Shown: one piece after another, positions 11,101-23,950 of the stretch
Numbering within the stretch: position 1 is the stretch's first letter
How the letters are laid out: the number at the start of each line of letters is the position of its first letter
Source of the DNA: Gordius albopunctatus
Lineage: Eukaryota
Direction of reading: 5' to 3'
DNA length: 64,000 nucleotides
Assembly: GCA_964276515.1 (NCBI GenBank)
Contig: OZ193909.1
Coordinates: forward strand, 1,550,001 to 1,614,000
The notes under the pieces: model-generated
Told to the model about the DNA's origin: nothing
The model's input: only the letters and a program-made list of their open reading frames with translations
The model's database searches: none
Made by a program: the position numbers and the translations under genes

Positions 11101-13887
11101 GACAGACTCTATCAAAGTAAAAATTTGGCCAGAAAGCGTTGGGAAGATATGGGCCCACCCAGTGGTGCGCCTAGGTGGCTGAACTGGTCGAGAGTGAGGA
11201 CAGGAAAGGGGAGTGTTGAGTGATCTATTGAAGGATCCCTGCTGTATACTTCACATTTTAAGTGGTTGAGTTCGAGGCCAATTGAATCTGAAAAAAATTC
11301 AATTATCGGCGGTGTTTTACGTATTTCACTAGCGGGGCCCACCAAAAATCCGTCGTCCATGTACCATAGGTTGCAAGAAAAGCTTCCTGTTGTAGACAGT
11401 TTCTGGATGATCCCCTGTATAGCTTGGTAGAAAAGCGCTGATCCTAGGAGATAGCCTTGCTCTATCCCACTAGAGGAGTGTATTATCTTGTCCCCAAACA
11501 GTAGAAAGGATGGGGCTCCAATTGGGTGTATGCCTTCTGAAAGGGTGCAAGAAACGCCGCCCTCGCTGTTAAAGGCGTTTTTAAAGTCTAGTTTTACTAA
11601 AAGATCTGTCTGGGGTGATGATTCAAAAAGAATTGGGGCCGTATGGGCCGCTGCTTCGCAACCTCCCTTGATTCCGAAGCCTAATTGGTTGGGAAGAAGG
11701 GAACACACCAAAGAGGCGCGAATTTTTATTGTAATTAATTTGGAAGCAATTCTCTTTAAAACTGACCCAATAGCGATGGGACGAATTGAGCCGTAAGGTT
11801 TATTAAAGGCCAACAGTTTTCCTTCAAAAAGAATTTGGGATATTTCTGGAGGTAATTGGCCCCTTATTATAATGTTGCTGAGGTGTGTTAGATTCGTGAG
11901 TAAGCTTTGTGAGCCGCTTATGTAGGGCTTAATTAGGTCCCGCAGAAAAATGGGGCGAATTCCATCTAGGCCTGCTGCTGAATCTATTTTAAAAGAATTT
12001 ATTTCATTTGTAACTTCTAAAATAGTGAAGTCGATGATTGGGGTTGGTGGGGTTTCTTTCGGTGAGGGGGTTAAAGCTTTACCATCAGGGTGTTTGGCGA
12101 GAAGGAGATTCTATATAGCATTGGTGGGAGTGCGATCAAATCGGAAGAACCCAGAATACGGACAGCTGAGTTAATTTCCAAAGCATTAATTTTGTTTGCT
12201 ATTGCTTTAGCTCTTAAATCTAATGATGGCTTAGGCTTATGTGGCTCCTTTGAGAGCAGAAAGGGCTTATTTGCCAATGTTTTGTTCGACATAAGGTTGT
12301 TACAAAAAAATAATGTGATGTATAAAGGGTTAACTCTCTCATTTTTAGAAATAATTTTATGATTTTTAAGACCTTTTATAAATTACTGGCAGACGCTGAT
12401 AATATTTTATTTTTATGACTCTCAAATTCATTTTATGATTCATACATGAATGAATAACTTTGAAAAAATGTCTAATTTCAGTTGCAGAAGTCAGCTTTAA
12501 GTAAATAAACCATATTATTCAGAGGCACTTCATTTAAATCGCCCTCTATTACAAATGAATCTAATCTTTAGTTAATATTAAATGTTATTTTTTAGATAAA
12601 TGAACAGTAAAACTTGTCGACAACTTATAAATTTTTTAAAATTTCATATGATTTCTAGTTTTGAAAATTTAAAAAAGTTCTTTAACAGCGTTTCTTAAAT
12701 AGGCGATTTCGAAGTGAGGCAAAAAAGCAGCTCCAATACGCGTTTGAACATAGCTGCCTGCATCTCTTGTTAAACGCGTCGCTTCCTTTTAAAAGCCCAC
12801 GATTTGCGCGATGCAAAATATTATTTGTAGTTTTTTATATTATATACTAATATGTGAGACATGCATCGCTTTTGTATAAACAAAGTAATATCTAACGCGT
12901 TTTTACCTGAATCGCCTATTTTAGACATAGCCTTAGAGTTTATTTTACAACCTAAACTTAAATTAAAGTTTTGCATCTTGCTTATTCCTAACATCCATCT
13001 TAGCATTCTAATCTCCATAGAGCCCAAATATTGTTTCATTTTTAGTACTGTCGGCTGTAAGACTTTACAAAAAAAAACTCCTATTAAAACTCTAAATTTA
13101 AACCATCCAGAATTCATCCTTCCCCCTGGATTTAGTTATCCATTCCACCATCCGCTCGAAGTGTAAATTCTTGATGCTCGAAGGTCTCTACTAGTGTTGT
13201 AAAAACGAAAACCAAAGGTTTTTTGGTGTCTGTTTTCCTTAGTCGTATAAATAGGGCAACGGTTTTTTGGTCTTTTGGCCTGTTTATGTTTAGTATGCTA
13301 AAACCACAGGTCGACAAAACAAAACCCGGCCATTTTTGCAACACTAGTCTCTACGCTTTTAAGTTTGCATCTATCTAAGCTAAAGGATGCACTTTGCGGT
13401 CGGACATCTAACTTAGACCTAATCTTCATCTTTTTTATTTAATTTACGCATCGTGCATCGCAGGAATTGTGGTTGAAAGACAAGAGGAAAGGTCTCAAAT
13501 CGTTAACAAAGAGAGAGCATTAAGGGCCCTGAAAGAAAAATTGAGCTCCATGCGAAATTTGGAGCAATATAACAAGACTCAAGATACTAGAAAAAGTCAA
13601 CGAGGTAATTTAAAATACGCTGAATTTTCGAAATTCATTATTATAAAAAGCTAAAATAAAATTTTGAATTCTATTTGTGATTAATAGGAACATTAGCTCG
13701 CTCGGAAAAGATTCGCACATACAATTTTCCACAAGACAGGATAACGGAGCATAGGACCGGTCAATCCTTCCACGATTTAAAAAACTTTTTCGCACCCAAA
13801 AATGGCGCCCCTTTTCACAATCTCGTCACTTCGCTACAAACTTATTTTATGCGACAAAAATTTCAAGAAATTATATCGCGTTTTTAA
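8127..13887 (+). CDS. MTRF1L: Mitochondrial peptide chain release factor 1-like (class I RF), 8 exons, ~401 aa
   Basis: Exons 8127-8200, 8239-8438, 8474-8556, 8637-8859, 9469-9635, 9722-9839, 13464-13604, 13688-13887 join in frame via GT-AG. Motifs [25 protein letters not shown] (PxT), [16 protein letters not shown] (GGQ), [19 protein letters not shown]. Alternative start ATG at 8195. Confidence 0.93.
9945..12390 (-). mobile_element. CRE-clade non-LTR retrotransposon (RT + RLE), frameshifted, antisense in intron 6 of the release factor gene
   Basis: RT motifs [42 protein letters not shown] (11112-11813); RHTAINKII and [23 protein letters not shown] endonuclease (10168-10479); several frame breaks. 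Boundaries approximate. Confidence 0.9.
12975..13430 (-). mobile_element. RTE-clade LINE C-terminal relic, interrupted by a MITE
   Basis: [28 protein letters not shown]...[14 protein letters not shown] resembles the RTE post-RT region (INAGWxKW...EMRMLRWMxG). Confidence 0.65.
13192..13346. mobile_element. hAT MITE (TAGTGTTGTAAAAA family), 155 bp
   Basis: TIRs TAGTGTTGTAAAAA / TTTTTGCAACACTA; perfect 8-bp TSD GTCTCTAC. Confidence 0.9.
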
Positions 13888-14183
13888 TACGTTGTTAATT
13901 TATATTGTTCATTATATCGAAGCAAATATAATAACTTTTTAGGGTCTATTTTGATGGAATGCTTAATGAACCTATTTGGGGTCATATTGACACCGTTTCT
14001 TTTTATTTATGAGCTTAATTTTATCCTTAATACGTTTTTGTGCCTTTTAATTAATATATAACAATTTTCGACGATTTTTATTTGCATAACTTAAAATCAA
14101 TGGGAAAAGCGAAAGATAGTTTTGTCGCATTTTATGCATGAGCTTATAAGTAGGTTATCTGAGGTGTTCGTTGAAGAGAAGGC

Positions 14184-17100
14184 TTAAAAATCGCTAGAAT
14201 TGGAAGAACTTTCCCCGGACGCACCTTCCAAGTATATTTGAATCTTATTTTCTCGGCTTGGCTTAGGGTCTATTTTGTTTCTCTCTCGAACGTCATAATA
14301 TTCTTGGTCAGAATCTCCGTTATTTTCCGGAGGGTTCCGTCCAACTGGTCGTATATGGGGACTCGATTGTCTCTCTTCTTTTCGATCCGATATGGAACGA
14401 TGATTTGTGATTTTTGGTTGATCGGATCCTTGAATTCTTAAAGTGGTTAGATCAAGGGGTGATTCGTCTTGAAAATCTATCTCAACCTTTCTACGAACCG
14501 AACCCATTCGGGCCCTTGTTGTGGAAGTTGAGTCGTTATCGTTATTACCCGTTCGGCCTCTACCTCCCGTGTTTGAATGGGTAGCGCTCTCTAACCTCTC
14601 GCAAACTGTATAATACAAATTTAATCATGTTTTATGTAAAAATTAAATGAAATTTCCAGGTTATAAAAAGAAAAATTCTGCTTTATTTTTTAAAGTTGAT
14701 TTGAAATGAAATTTAAACTCATAAGGAGCTGTGAATTATGGCTATTACAATTTTTGTGTTTGTCATAATATAAGTAACTACCGATTTTGATTTCGTTATG
14801 GGAAAAGACCTAAATAAAGGATTTTGTAGAAATGCTAAAAATGTTATAACAACTCTCCAGATATAAGCTCGTGACAACAGACTGTACATTTAGAGACAAA
14901 TAATTATGTATTAAGTTGATGAAAGATACTGATGACCCTTCCTAAAAGCCGAAACCCTGTGCTAGATTGGGCATATATTTCAACGAATAAGTCTAAGTTA
15001 AAATTATTTTTGTAAAGCATTTTGACAATTTTCAAAATAAAATCTACCTGAGTGGCTTTTAGGGTAGGACGATGGCTGTCTTTGGGCTATTTTAAAAGAT
15101 AAACGACCGCTCATAGATTGTTTTGCCTTTCCGCTAGTATCTTGACTTCTATCTTCTTCGTCTATATCAAGTGCCATTGCTGGCAGACTTACGTCAGAAG
15201 GTACTTGACGCAACCATTGCTTAACTCTGACTTGTCTATCCTCTTCATCCATGCTCCGCACATCTACACCTTTCTTTTCTAAACACCTATATTTTGAATT
15301 AAGGTTTTGGCTATTAATTAATTTATTTAGAAATTAGTAAAAAAAACTAGTTTTTTTAGCTTTCTTTTAATTTGTATTTATCAATAGTTCAGAGATACCT
15401 TATATTTGAGTATATAGTACTAGTACTACATATGTATGCCTTTATTAAAATTACTCTCTCCCTCCATTTACTAAAATGAATACAAATGAAGACCCTAACG
15501 TAATCTCCTTTCCCATAGTGAAAGGGATTTTAAGGGGAAGAGATTCAGATATAATATGAATAAAATTAAATATAGAGGAGGTGAAACAAAAATATAAAAT
15601 TATAGCCCTGTATATTAATCAATGGTCTATGGGATTATATTATAATTTATTGAACATAAATTATAATATACGGCTTTGGAATATAGGTTCAAAAAAGCAA
15701 AAAGGGTTATTTCTCAAATCTGGCGATTAACTAAAAATATAATTTTGTTCAGCCTAAAATCTCCATAAGAGATATTTGTGAGATAACGGGATGGAATCCC
15801 AAATTAAATTTAACAACTAATGAATTATTAGTCTATGATTACAAACCTTTCCAGTGCTTCCAAATGAGCTCTAAAACTTTCACCCGCTTCTTCACTGCTA
15901 TCTTCATCGCGATCATTAGTTTCTATCCTTGTCAGAACGTGATCCGATTTTGGGATCGTTCCTCCTGATTCTAAATTAATCTCTGTTACCTTCCATTTGA
16001 CATCGGCGTAACGATTAATTTCTCGTGCCGGGTACCTTTTGTCCCTGCGCACTTCGAAGAGTTTGCGAAAAAATTTGCTGAGCTTAGGAGTCATCCAGCG
16101 CCATCGGTTAGGCAGGTTGAGCCTTTTCCTATTTACCCACCTAAAAAACATAGCAGCAATCTTAACCAAGCGTCAAAATATGTTTTATTATTTGACCAAA
16201 ATTCCTAGTAAATATGACTAACCGCTCGTATTCCGCAAAGTCGGGGTCTTTTCCAGCTGCTAAAGACCAAGGTAAAATACCAGAACAAGCGTAAAAAGTT
16301 AAAACGGCAAAGGCCCAAGCGTCTCCACTAGCTTCAACAACGTATCCTTCCTTGTAAAATTTATCACATATTTCGGGCGCGCTATAGGGGTTGGCTTTAG
16401 CCAATTTCTTTATTAGGGAACCACGTCGAAGAGCTTTATCGAAACCGGCTAGCTTAACTCGGGCTTGAGCCCGTTGTTGATCCGTTCCTGGCGGAGAAAA
16501 TATTAACACATTTTCAGGTCTGATGTCGCAATGTACGACGTCTTTTGTGTGCATGAAATCTATTGCCGATCCAAGTTGTTTGACCACCATGGCTTTGGCT
16601 TCAAGCTCGGGTAAGCCATTCCGCCTAGGAATCCAATTAACTAGAGTCCCGTACGGGGCTACCTACGAGTAACGGTAAAAAAGGTTTCTAATTAAACACA
16701 CCAGTCTAAGGTCATGGGCGCAAGGGGGGACAGAGAGGGGCGGCTGCCCCCCTCTAAATCTAAACATTTGTTGAAATTTATTAAAATTATGTCTAAAATT
16801 TCAAAAAATGATCATTTTGCTTTTCCCTAAATCGTTAATTCCAATGCTAGCTACCCCCATTCTGTTGGTCATGTCATGTCCAAATTGTTAATTTATAATG
16901 GACAACTACAAAAAATTTTAATGTTTTAATTTTAAAAAATTTAGTATTTAAAATATCCACACATTTTAATACTAGTACCTCTTGTACTAAAATCCACTCG
17001 GTGGGTGTTTCGTAAGCCACGTTATAAGTATTTAGGATTGCATCGTGTGCGGATAGTAAGTAACTGTAATGAGCTTCCCGTTGAAAATCGCGCCATTTAA

Positions 17101-17281
17101 CAGCTGTTTTTTCGCGACACTTCAAAACTATTTCCAAGCCGCCCGGACCAATTCTTCGGTCTCTAGCTTTGTAAATGGGACCCATGGCTCCGTTGCCTAG
17201 AGTTGATTCAATGTCAAACGTATCTTCAATCCGACCCTCCAACTTCTCCACGTGTACGTTAAATTTTTGCTTGAAACTCAT
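14184..17281 (-). CDS. SBK1/Meng-po-like Ser/Thr kinase-domain protein, likely pseudokinase, 5 exons, ~565 aa
   Basis: Exons 17281-16979, 16662-16223, 16140-15847, 15286-15048, 14605-14184 join in frame (1698 nt). GNGAMG loop, IVLK, HCDIRPENVLIF, KLAGFD, SAPE, DAWAFAV, GILPW, and the SBK-family tail RKRLNLPNRWRWMTPKLSKFFRKLF. True 5' end uncertain. Confidence 0.85.
16712..16860. mobile_element. MITE of the CATGGGCGTAGCC family; further whole or partial copies at ~18719-18879, 24019-24154, 41538-41655, 42107-42232, 57043-57198, 60828-60867
   Basis: Shared ends CA(T/C)GGGCGTAGCC...GGCTACGCCC(A/T)TG with G-rich/C-rich interior GGGGCGGCTGCCCC; TSDs only partly preserved. Confidence 0.75.
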
Positions 17282-20200
17282 GGTTCAATTAATTGTTATT
17301 GATTGATTGATTTTATCGATTGATATTAACCGATTGATTGATTTTGCGATCTGTTAGATTATCGGGTTCATCTGGCGGGAGTTTGATCATTGCGCTTGAA
17401 AACTAGGAGAGGGTGATAACAAATATTAGAAAATACAATAACAATATATAAATAAAACAAAAGGCAGGATATTTTAATATTGTTTCCAAATTTTAAACTG
17501 TTTTTAACTACTATATACAGACTAGATAGACTGCTCATCAGCTTTAAATAAGTGTACCATTTATCCGTCATTTTGAAATATGCTGATATAGATAAAGTTG
17601 AAGATTATAGTAATTTAATTAAATTATTTTAAAAATGTAATAAAAATATATCAAATTAGTAAAGCATATTAATAGCGTTTTAAAATATATATTATATATC
17701 TTCAAAACACTAATTTGGGATTTTGTAAATAATGCATTTTAAAAGCTCTTTTTTAAAATAATGTAAAACCCGCAAAAATCTTTGTTTTTTAAGCAAATTT
17801 TTGCGTATTAGAAAATGGCTATTAATTCATAAAAAGTTATTATTGTAAAATATAGAAAATTCTGAATTTTATCTCTTCTTACACATGGGATTGAAAAATT
17901 GAGACTAAAAAATAAGAGATAAGAGGTAACACCATAATTAAGATAAATAATATACATTTTAGTTTTTTGGCATTTTTACAACACTAACACATTTCATTTT
18001 CTGTTAATAAATTTTCGGGAAAAAAGCTTACACCATTATAATATTTGCGAAGATAATTGTGCAAATTGCTATTAAAAACTTGATTTAACACATATTATTT
18101 ACAATATAATGATTTATTTTTTAATTTTTTACTTGAGCATATATTGAGAAAACATATGGATACCAAACCTAATTAAGCATTGACTATCGAAATAATATTT
18201 TCTTTAATCCATCTGATTAATAATATCCCGATGATACCTGAATATGCCCAGTGATGTAGATGAAAAGGTGTCATCTAGTTATAAATAATGATTTCGATCA
18301 GTGGCCTAACCTCCCCCCCCTTTAAAATATTGAAAAAATAATGGATTCCAATTAAATATTAAATGATTTAAAAGTCCTTTAGCAGAAGCATTAGTCTACA
18401 GCCATTAAAAACCTGTAAGAGTTTCCACGGAATTTATTGAAAAATTACGAGTTGGACAGGACGAGCCCATAAATTGCATAGCAATTATCTATGAATGAAT
18501 GGACTTATTAACGAATCATTGGAAACGCTCCCTTCTCAGGTGAAATTTTAAATAGATAGACAATAGTTGGGGCAAAAAAAGTGGAAAGAATATTCATTCC
18601 TACATTCAATACACGAAATTAATGATAACTTTTTTATTGATATAGTATTTTTCTGCATTTCTCTGCCAGAACCCATCCGGGTCTGATAACTTAAATACCT
18701 TCTAAGAATCCGTTCGGCCATGGGCGTAGCCAAGGGGGCAGGGAGGGGCGGCTGCCCTCTCCAACAAAAATTGTTAAGATTAATTAAAATTATGGGGCTA
18801 AAATATCGAAAAAATTATCATTTTACCCCTCATCCCTGAAATCATTATTGCCCCAACCCCAATGCTGGCTAAGGCCATGAATTTGATAAACTTTATTTTA
18901 ATTAATCTAAGATAATACTAAAACATTTTTAAATTTAGAGAGAGCCAAAATTTATCTAAAAACTTTCAAGCTAAAACAAAAGTCGTTGGGAAAAATCTAG
19001 TCGGATTCTGAACGTCCTTGAAAGCGCGGCTGCGGAGTTTAATATACAATTAACGGAAATATCGATAAGATCTGCCACAATCGATTTTTCTTTTAAAACA
19101 TATGGCTGATTGATTTTCTAGGATCAGGTGGGGTATCACAGGTTAACCCAAAATTATGACAAAGTCACTTAGTTATGCAATTAGTCGTTAACAAAGCTCA
19201 ATGGGGTTTCAATTGTTTCCTTCTACTTAAAAGCTTTAAATATAACATTTCATTTTCGATTATAGCTCTGTTTAATATTAAATATTGATTGAATTCGGCA
19301 ATATTTTTGAAATTAATACTTTTAACAGTTCAAATTTTGTATTTTTGCAACTATTTTTAGCTTTTAAACGCTCGAAAACTGCCAACTGTTTACATTTTTG
19401 TTCGTTTGGTTTTGTTTGGGTAAATTTCGTAATCATAGTCGAATAAATAGAAAGCTAAAATATTAAAATCTACACAAATATTTTTAAAAAAAATTGATTT
19501 ATCTACATAAATTTTTTAAAATTGTCCACAAAATTTTCATAAAGTTGATATATATATACATCAACAAATAGAGCCGTTGATTGAATCAAGTTCAAGGTCA
19601 GTTAATTAAGTAGAAATACTTTTTTGTCTGGCTAAAGAAACTTTTGTCACCAATTTATCATGTCGTATAAACTATTTTTTTTAACTTTCTGGAAGTTGAA
19701 GCTAATTTTATGGATTTCTACGACTATAATTTTAAAATAAAATACTATAATTTAATGTCTCGTTCAACTCTTTGAAAAAAATAGGGAAACAAATTTTTTT
19801 GCTATCTCATGATAATCGCGAATCTTTTATTATAAAAAAGAAAATCGTCATTACTATTTTCTAAATATAATTAAAAATTAAATCGTAATATCAGAAAGTG
19901 TTTCCCAAATATTTATATAATACTTAACCTTTTCTTTCATTTATTTCATCCCTCTTCAATAAATATGTATTTTTACTTTAATAAATTAAATTTAAACTTC
20001 CAAATAGATGATTACGAAAAAATGTTTTTAAATGCGTTTTAAAGACTAATATTGTATGTAATAAATATATAATTTCAAAATGCTTTTAATTTGGTCCGAA
20101 ATGCATTTTGAAATGAGGGGGGCATAGAGGGATATCTGCCCCCCCCCTTTAGTAATAATATATTTATTAAGTTTTCAAAGAAAAAATAAAAAACCATAAA

Positions 20201-22197
20201 AGTACTCTTCTTATATTACAATTGTTATCAGTAATTTTCAAAAACAATTGATATATTTTGTTATTTCTATTTTTAAAATTATTTAAAATAGGGCATAAAT
20301 ATGCTTTAAAATTATATTTTTAAATTTGACCTTGAGCTTTAATATATAATATAAGAATTTTAAAATTTGCGTGTAATAAAAATTCATTAAAAATTCGATA
20401 TTGTTTAACGTTCCCACCTCCGCTCTCATTTTAAAATTTGGCAGCTCAAAGTAATTTTAACCAGGAAAAGGCCAGGCCAGATGCCTGTATTTGCATCTTA
20501 TAAAACCCTAAAATTTTGATAATAGTCAATATTTTTTATTTTTATTTCTTTTTTAAATTAAAATATTTTATTTTTTTTTGTCATATTAAGATTGTTAAGA
20601 CATTGTTGTAAAATGAATTGGAATAGCCAATAAATTTTAAAAATATGGATCGTTAAAATGATTTTCCATCATTTTATTAAAAAGTGTAATTCGGAAAATT
20701 TTCTTAAATCGTAAAAAATGTGGTTTTTAACTAATAATGCGACTATAAATATAATTTTGGCAAATTGAATTTATTTAATTAAAATTGCTTTTGATTTGTG
20801 TAATTTAAAGTTTAAGATGATTTTTGGAGGTTTAATGTTTAGTATCATTACTTCAAACTAAATCTTCTTTTCACAATTCATATTGAAATCTTTACCAAAC
20901 TTTTTCTTTTATTTTTTTTATTTTATATTTTATTTTTTAGTAGTTGTAATAAATTATTGCTCTCATTGTTATTTGTCGAACAAAAAGCTAAATTTGTCAA
21001 TATCTCATATAAATTGCATATCAATTAATAGTGATTTGTATGAATTTAAACGCAATCAAAAAAAAAATAAAAATTACCTGTAAATTGAATATAGTAAAAT
21101 GAAGCTTTTAATAATTTTGATTTTTCACGAAAACTTCATGATAATTTCGCACTTATTTGAGCGAAACTCAAGAGAGGGGATATTAAGGTTTATATTTACA
21201 TATTATATACATATGGGGGAAATGAGATCGAAAATATATCAGATTTATAAAACTGATTGTCGCGTTATTATTGGAAAAAAGAGCTCGAAACGCGCTAGAT
21301 CGATTGGCTGTTATTTCTTCGCGAGTCCAAAAATAATTACAAAGACAAAATTAAGAGTAAAAATTCTTTTTTTTATATTTAAATTAAAATTTAAAATGAA
21401 TGGTGTCTGAATCAATATATATCATTGAAGAACTAGTATATTTTATGATTTTTAGTCTTTGAATATGAAATAAATGAGTTTAAATTAGGGAAAGTGTTTT
21501 GGGAGTTAAATCTACTATAACATTTTTGAAAATTAATAATTTTTGACTTCATCTAAATTATTTATAATATTCCGAAAGATAAGTTCAGCGATCAGATCAG
21601 ATCCAATTCAATTCAACCACAATAACAGATAACAGGGTGGTATCAATTGCTCTAAATCTATATTCAGAAATTTGAAAAGCGCAAGTTTTGTTTTAAAAAA
21701 ACTGATTAAAAAACCTATAAATTTTAACAAAGCCCTCCGATACGCACCCAAAATAAACGATAAATGAACGTTATTTACTTAATAAATTAAAATTTATCGA
21801 TTCTTTTTGAAAAAAAATATCTTAAAAAATAAACGTGATAAAAATTTCAGAGTATTCCCGCCATTCAAGGCTGATCAGAATTATCAAGTGTTAGAATCCT
21901 TGACTTTTATCCCTTTTTCATACCAGCCGGGGTTTAACTGTTTTGGTTTAGGTGCCATTTTGTACAATAAATTAGCGGAGTTTAGATAGGATGGCTATAT
22001 GTGCCAAAATTAATCCTATTATAAACATATGCTTTTTTGATTGATAAAAAACAAAAAATTTAATTATATTTCCCGGTAAAGTTGAGATTTATTTTTAAAA
22101 TTTTTTAAAAAATGTTTTATTATTTTGAAAAAGATAAAACAATAGATCATTATGTAGTAACGATACGAAAAATGTTTATTAGAAATAGGATGATAGA

Positions 22198-22617
22198 CAT
22201 AGACTACACAGACTGCTCATGTCATATGTTTCATGTGTTAAAATGTGAACCCTTGAATCGACCATTTTGAATTTGACTATCTCCTAAGTCTTTTTCTGCA
22301 GTGTACCCCATTGTTAAAACAGAAAAAGTGAATTGACCTTGCTCATCATTAGTTAATAAATTAAAAAGAATGTTAATAAATGATTTTTTCATAAAATGCA
22401 AAAGGGCATACGAAATTGCCATCAAATCATCATCACAGTAATTTTATTTTATGAATTTTGTAAATATTATACACTTTAAAATGCTGTTTTTAATGTTAAA
22501 TACTTTAATAATTTTCCATTAAACCAAAATTATTCTAATCAATTTGTGCATATTTCAAAATGGCGGAAAAAGGGTATACACTTATTTAATGTTGATGAGC
22601 AGTGTATCTAGTCTATG
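22198..22617. mobile_element. MITE with CATAGAC TIRs (a second one-ended copy starts at ~17515)
   Basis: CATAGACTACACAGACTGCTCAT ... ATGAGCAGTGTATCTAGTCTATG inverted pair; 17515-17590 matches its right end in reverse. No clear TSD. Confidence 0.65.
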
Positions 22618-22619
22618 AT

Positions 22620-23506
22620 TAGGATAGAAAATTGACTTCAAATATAAACACGGCTGGATCCTTAACGATAACCTAAATGTAAAAAGAATGTTAGAAATTT
22701 GAACGAAAAAAATATATATTTTGATTAAATCTATGCTATTTGATTGAACTAACCGATAAATTCAACATGGAGCTCTTTACACAACAGTGACTTTTGTAGA
22801 CTAACAGGTAATTTTTCATATTACTCAAATCCTTTTCTGGACGTCTTTGAACAAAAGCTGTAAATCCATTATAGCTCAAGTTAAGATAAAATTTTTTAGA
22901 TGGAGCTACTCCAACTCCCAACGTATTCACTGATTCAAATTTCGTGTTGAAATCTTAAAAAATAACAATTAATATTAAAATAATAATTTATTAGTTTGTA
23001 TTTTAGGTAAAAATTACCGATGGAATTGGGTATGGGTGATCCCGGTTTCTGAAAAATATAAAATCCGATCTCCATGTTACATGGTTTATGAGGATCTTTA
23101 TTAATTCGGATGAGGTTAGGAGTATCTCTATTCAAGTCTTAAAATATTTTAATAAAACTTAGAATAAGATTTATCACATATGATGATGTGTGCAGATATG
23201 AAATTACAAGTTGGATTCGGACGAGGTGGAAAAAATTAAAGCCAAGGTCATTAGGTAGTCTGTTAAAATAAAGGTTTTTACAGAAGCATAAGGCCACAGC
23301 CATTAGAAACCCGTATAGGTTTCCACAGAAATTTTTGAAAAATTACGAGTGTTCTCCAAATATGAATATCGCGCTATTATCAACATTTTGAAATTTTTAA
23401 ACGAAATCCGAGTTTGTGTTTTCTTTTGTATCTCTCCTATTCTTTTAGTTCCGGTAATTATTAAGTAAGGTGAGTAGGGCGCCATGTTTGAGTAATACAT
23501 TAACAA
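22620..23506 (-). CDS. Possible multi-exon gene of unknown function
   Basis: Segments ~23137-23018, ~22953-22754 and ~22673-22620 join in frame through short GT-AG introns (DLNRDTPNLIRINK...SIDFNTKFESVNTLGVG...SHCCVKSSMLNLS/VIVKDPAVFIFEVNFSI). Upstream exons could not be phased; no family recognised. Confidence 0.35.
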
Positions 23507-23564
23507 ACTAAACGGTCTCCATTTTTTTAAATAAATTAAATGTTAAACCTTAGTATGTAACGAT

Positions 23565-23950
23565 CAGAGACCAGAAAATTCCGCTCCGGCTCGAGTCGGC
23601 CCGCTCACGGACAACTGTCCTAAATTTAGATTTTCGACCGGGCTCCAGATTCGGGCAATTCAGACTTAATGAGATTCTTTTGCACGATGTCTTATTTTTT
23701 CGTGTTAGATTAGTTTGTCGCTTTTTTATTTGATCGTATATGATTTACTGATCCGAGAATTAAGTTATATTATATGATAGAATTAGTATACTAAAAATTT
23801 AAAAATCATCAACTCCGGCCGGGTAATTCGGGCAGCTACAATCATACGACCATGGACGAGCAGAGACTTAGAAGGGTTCGGGTTGGGCGGGCTATTTAGT
23901 ATCAGACCAAACCGGGTTCGGAAAGAAAAAATTATACAATCTTACCTCTG
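23565..23950. mobile_element. hAT MITE (CAGAG-ended family)
   Basis: CAGAGACCAGA ... TACCTCTG; TSD GTAACGAT / GTATCGAT; TTCGGGC motifs. Confidence 0.75.

Noticed and set aside
10014..12362. Plus-strand ORFs 10014, 10184, 11488, 11950, 12090 and similar ones at 14238, 16039, 28051, 31974, 32344, 39188, 47279
   Set aside because: Antisense shadows of real coding or TE sequence on the other strand.
17282..17402. Upstream ATG (MIKLPPDEPDN...) as an N-terminal kinase exon
   Set aside because: Hits a stop, and the obvious GT-AG join is out of phase; may be 5' UTR or a uORF.
19000..21800. Long AT-rich stretch with short ORFs (20883, 21099)
   Set aside because: Low-complexity F/I/K/N-rich translations without motifs; treated as intergenic or kinase upstream region.
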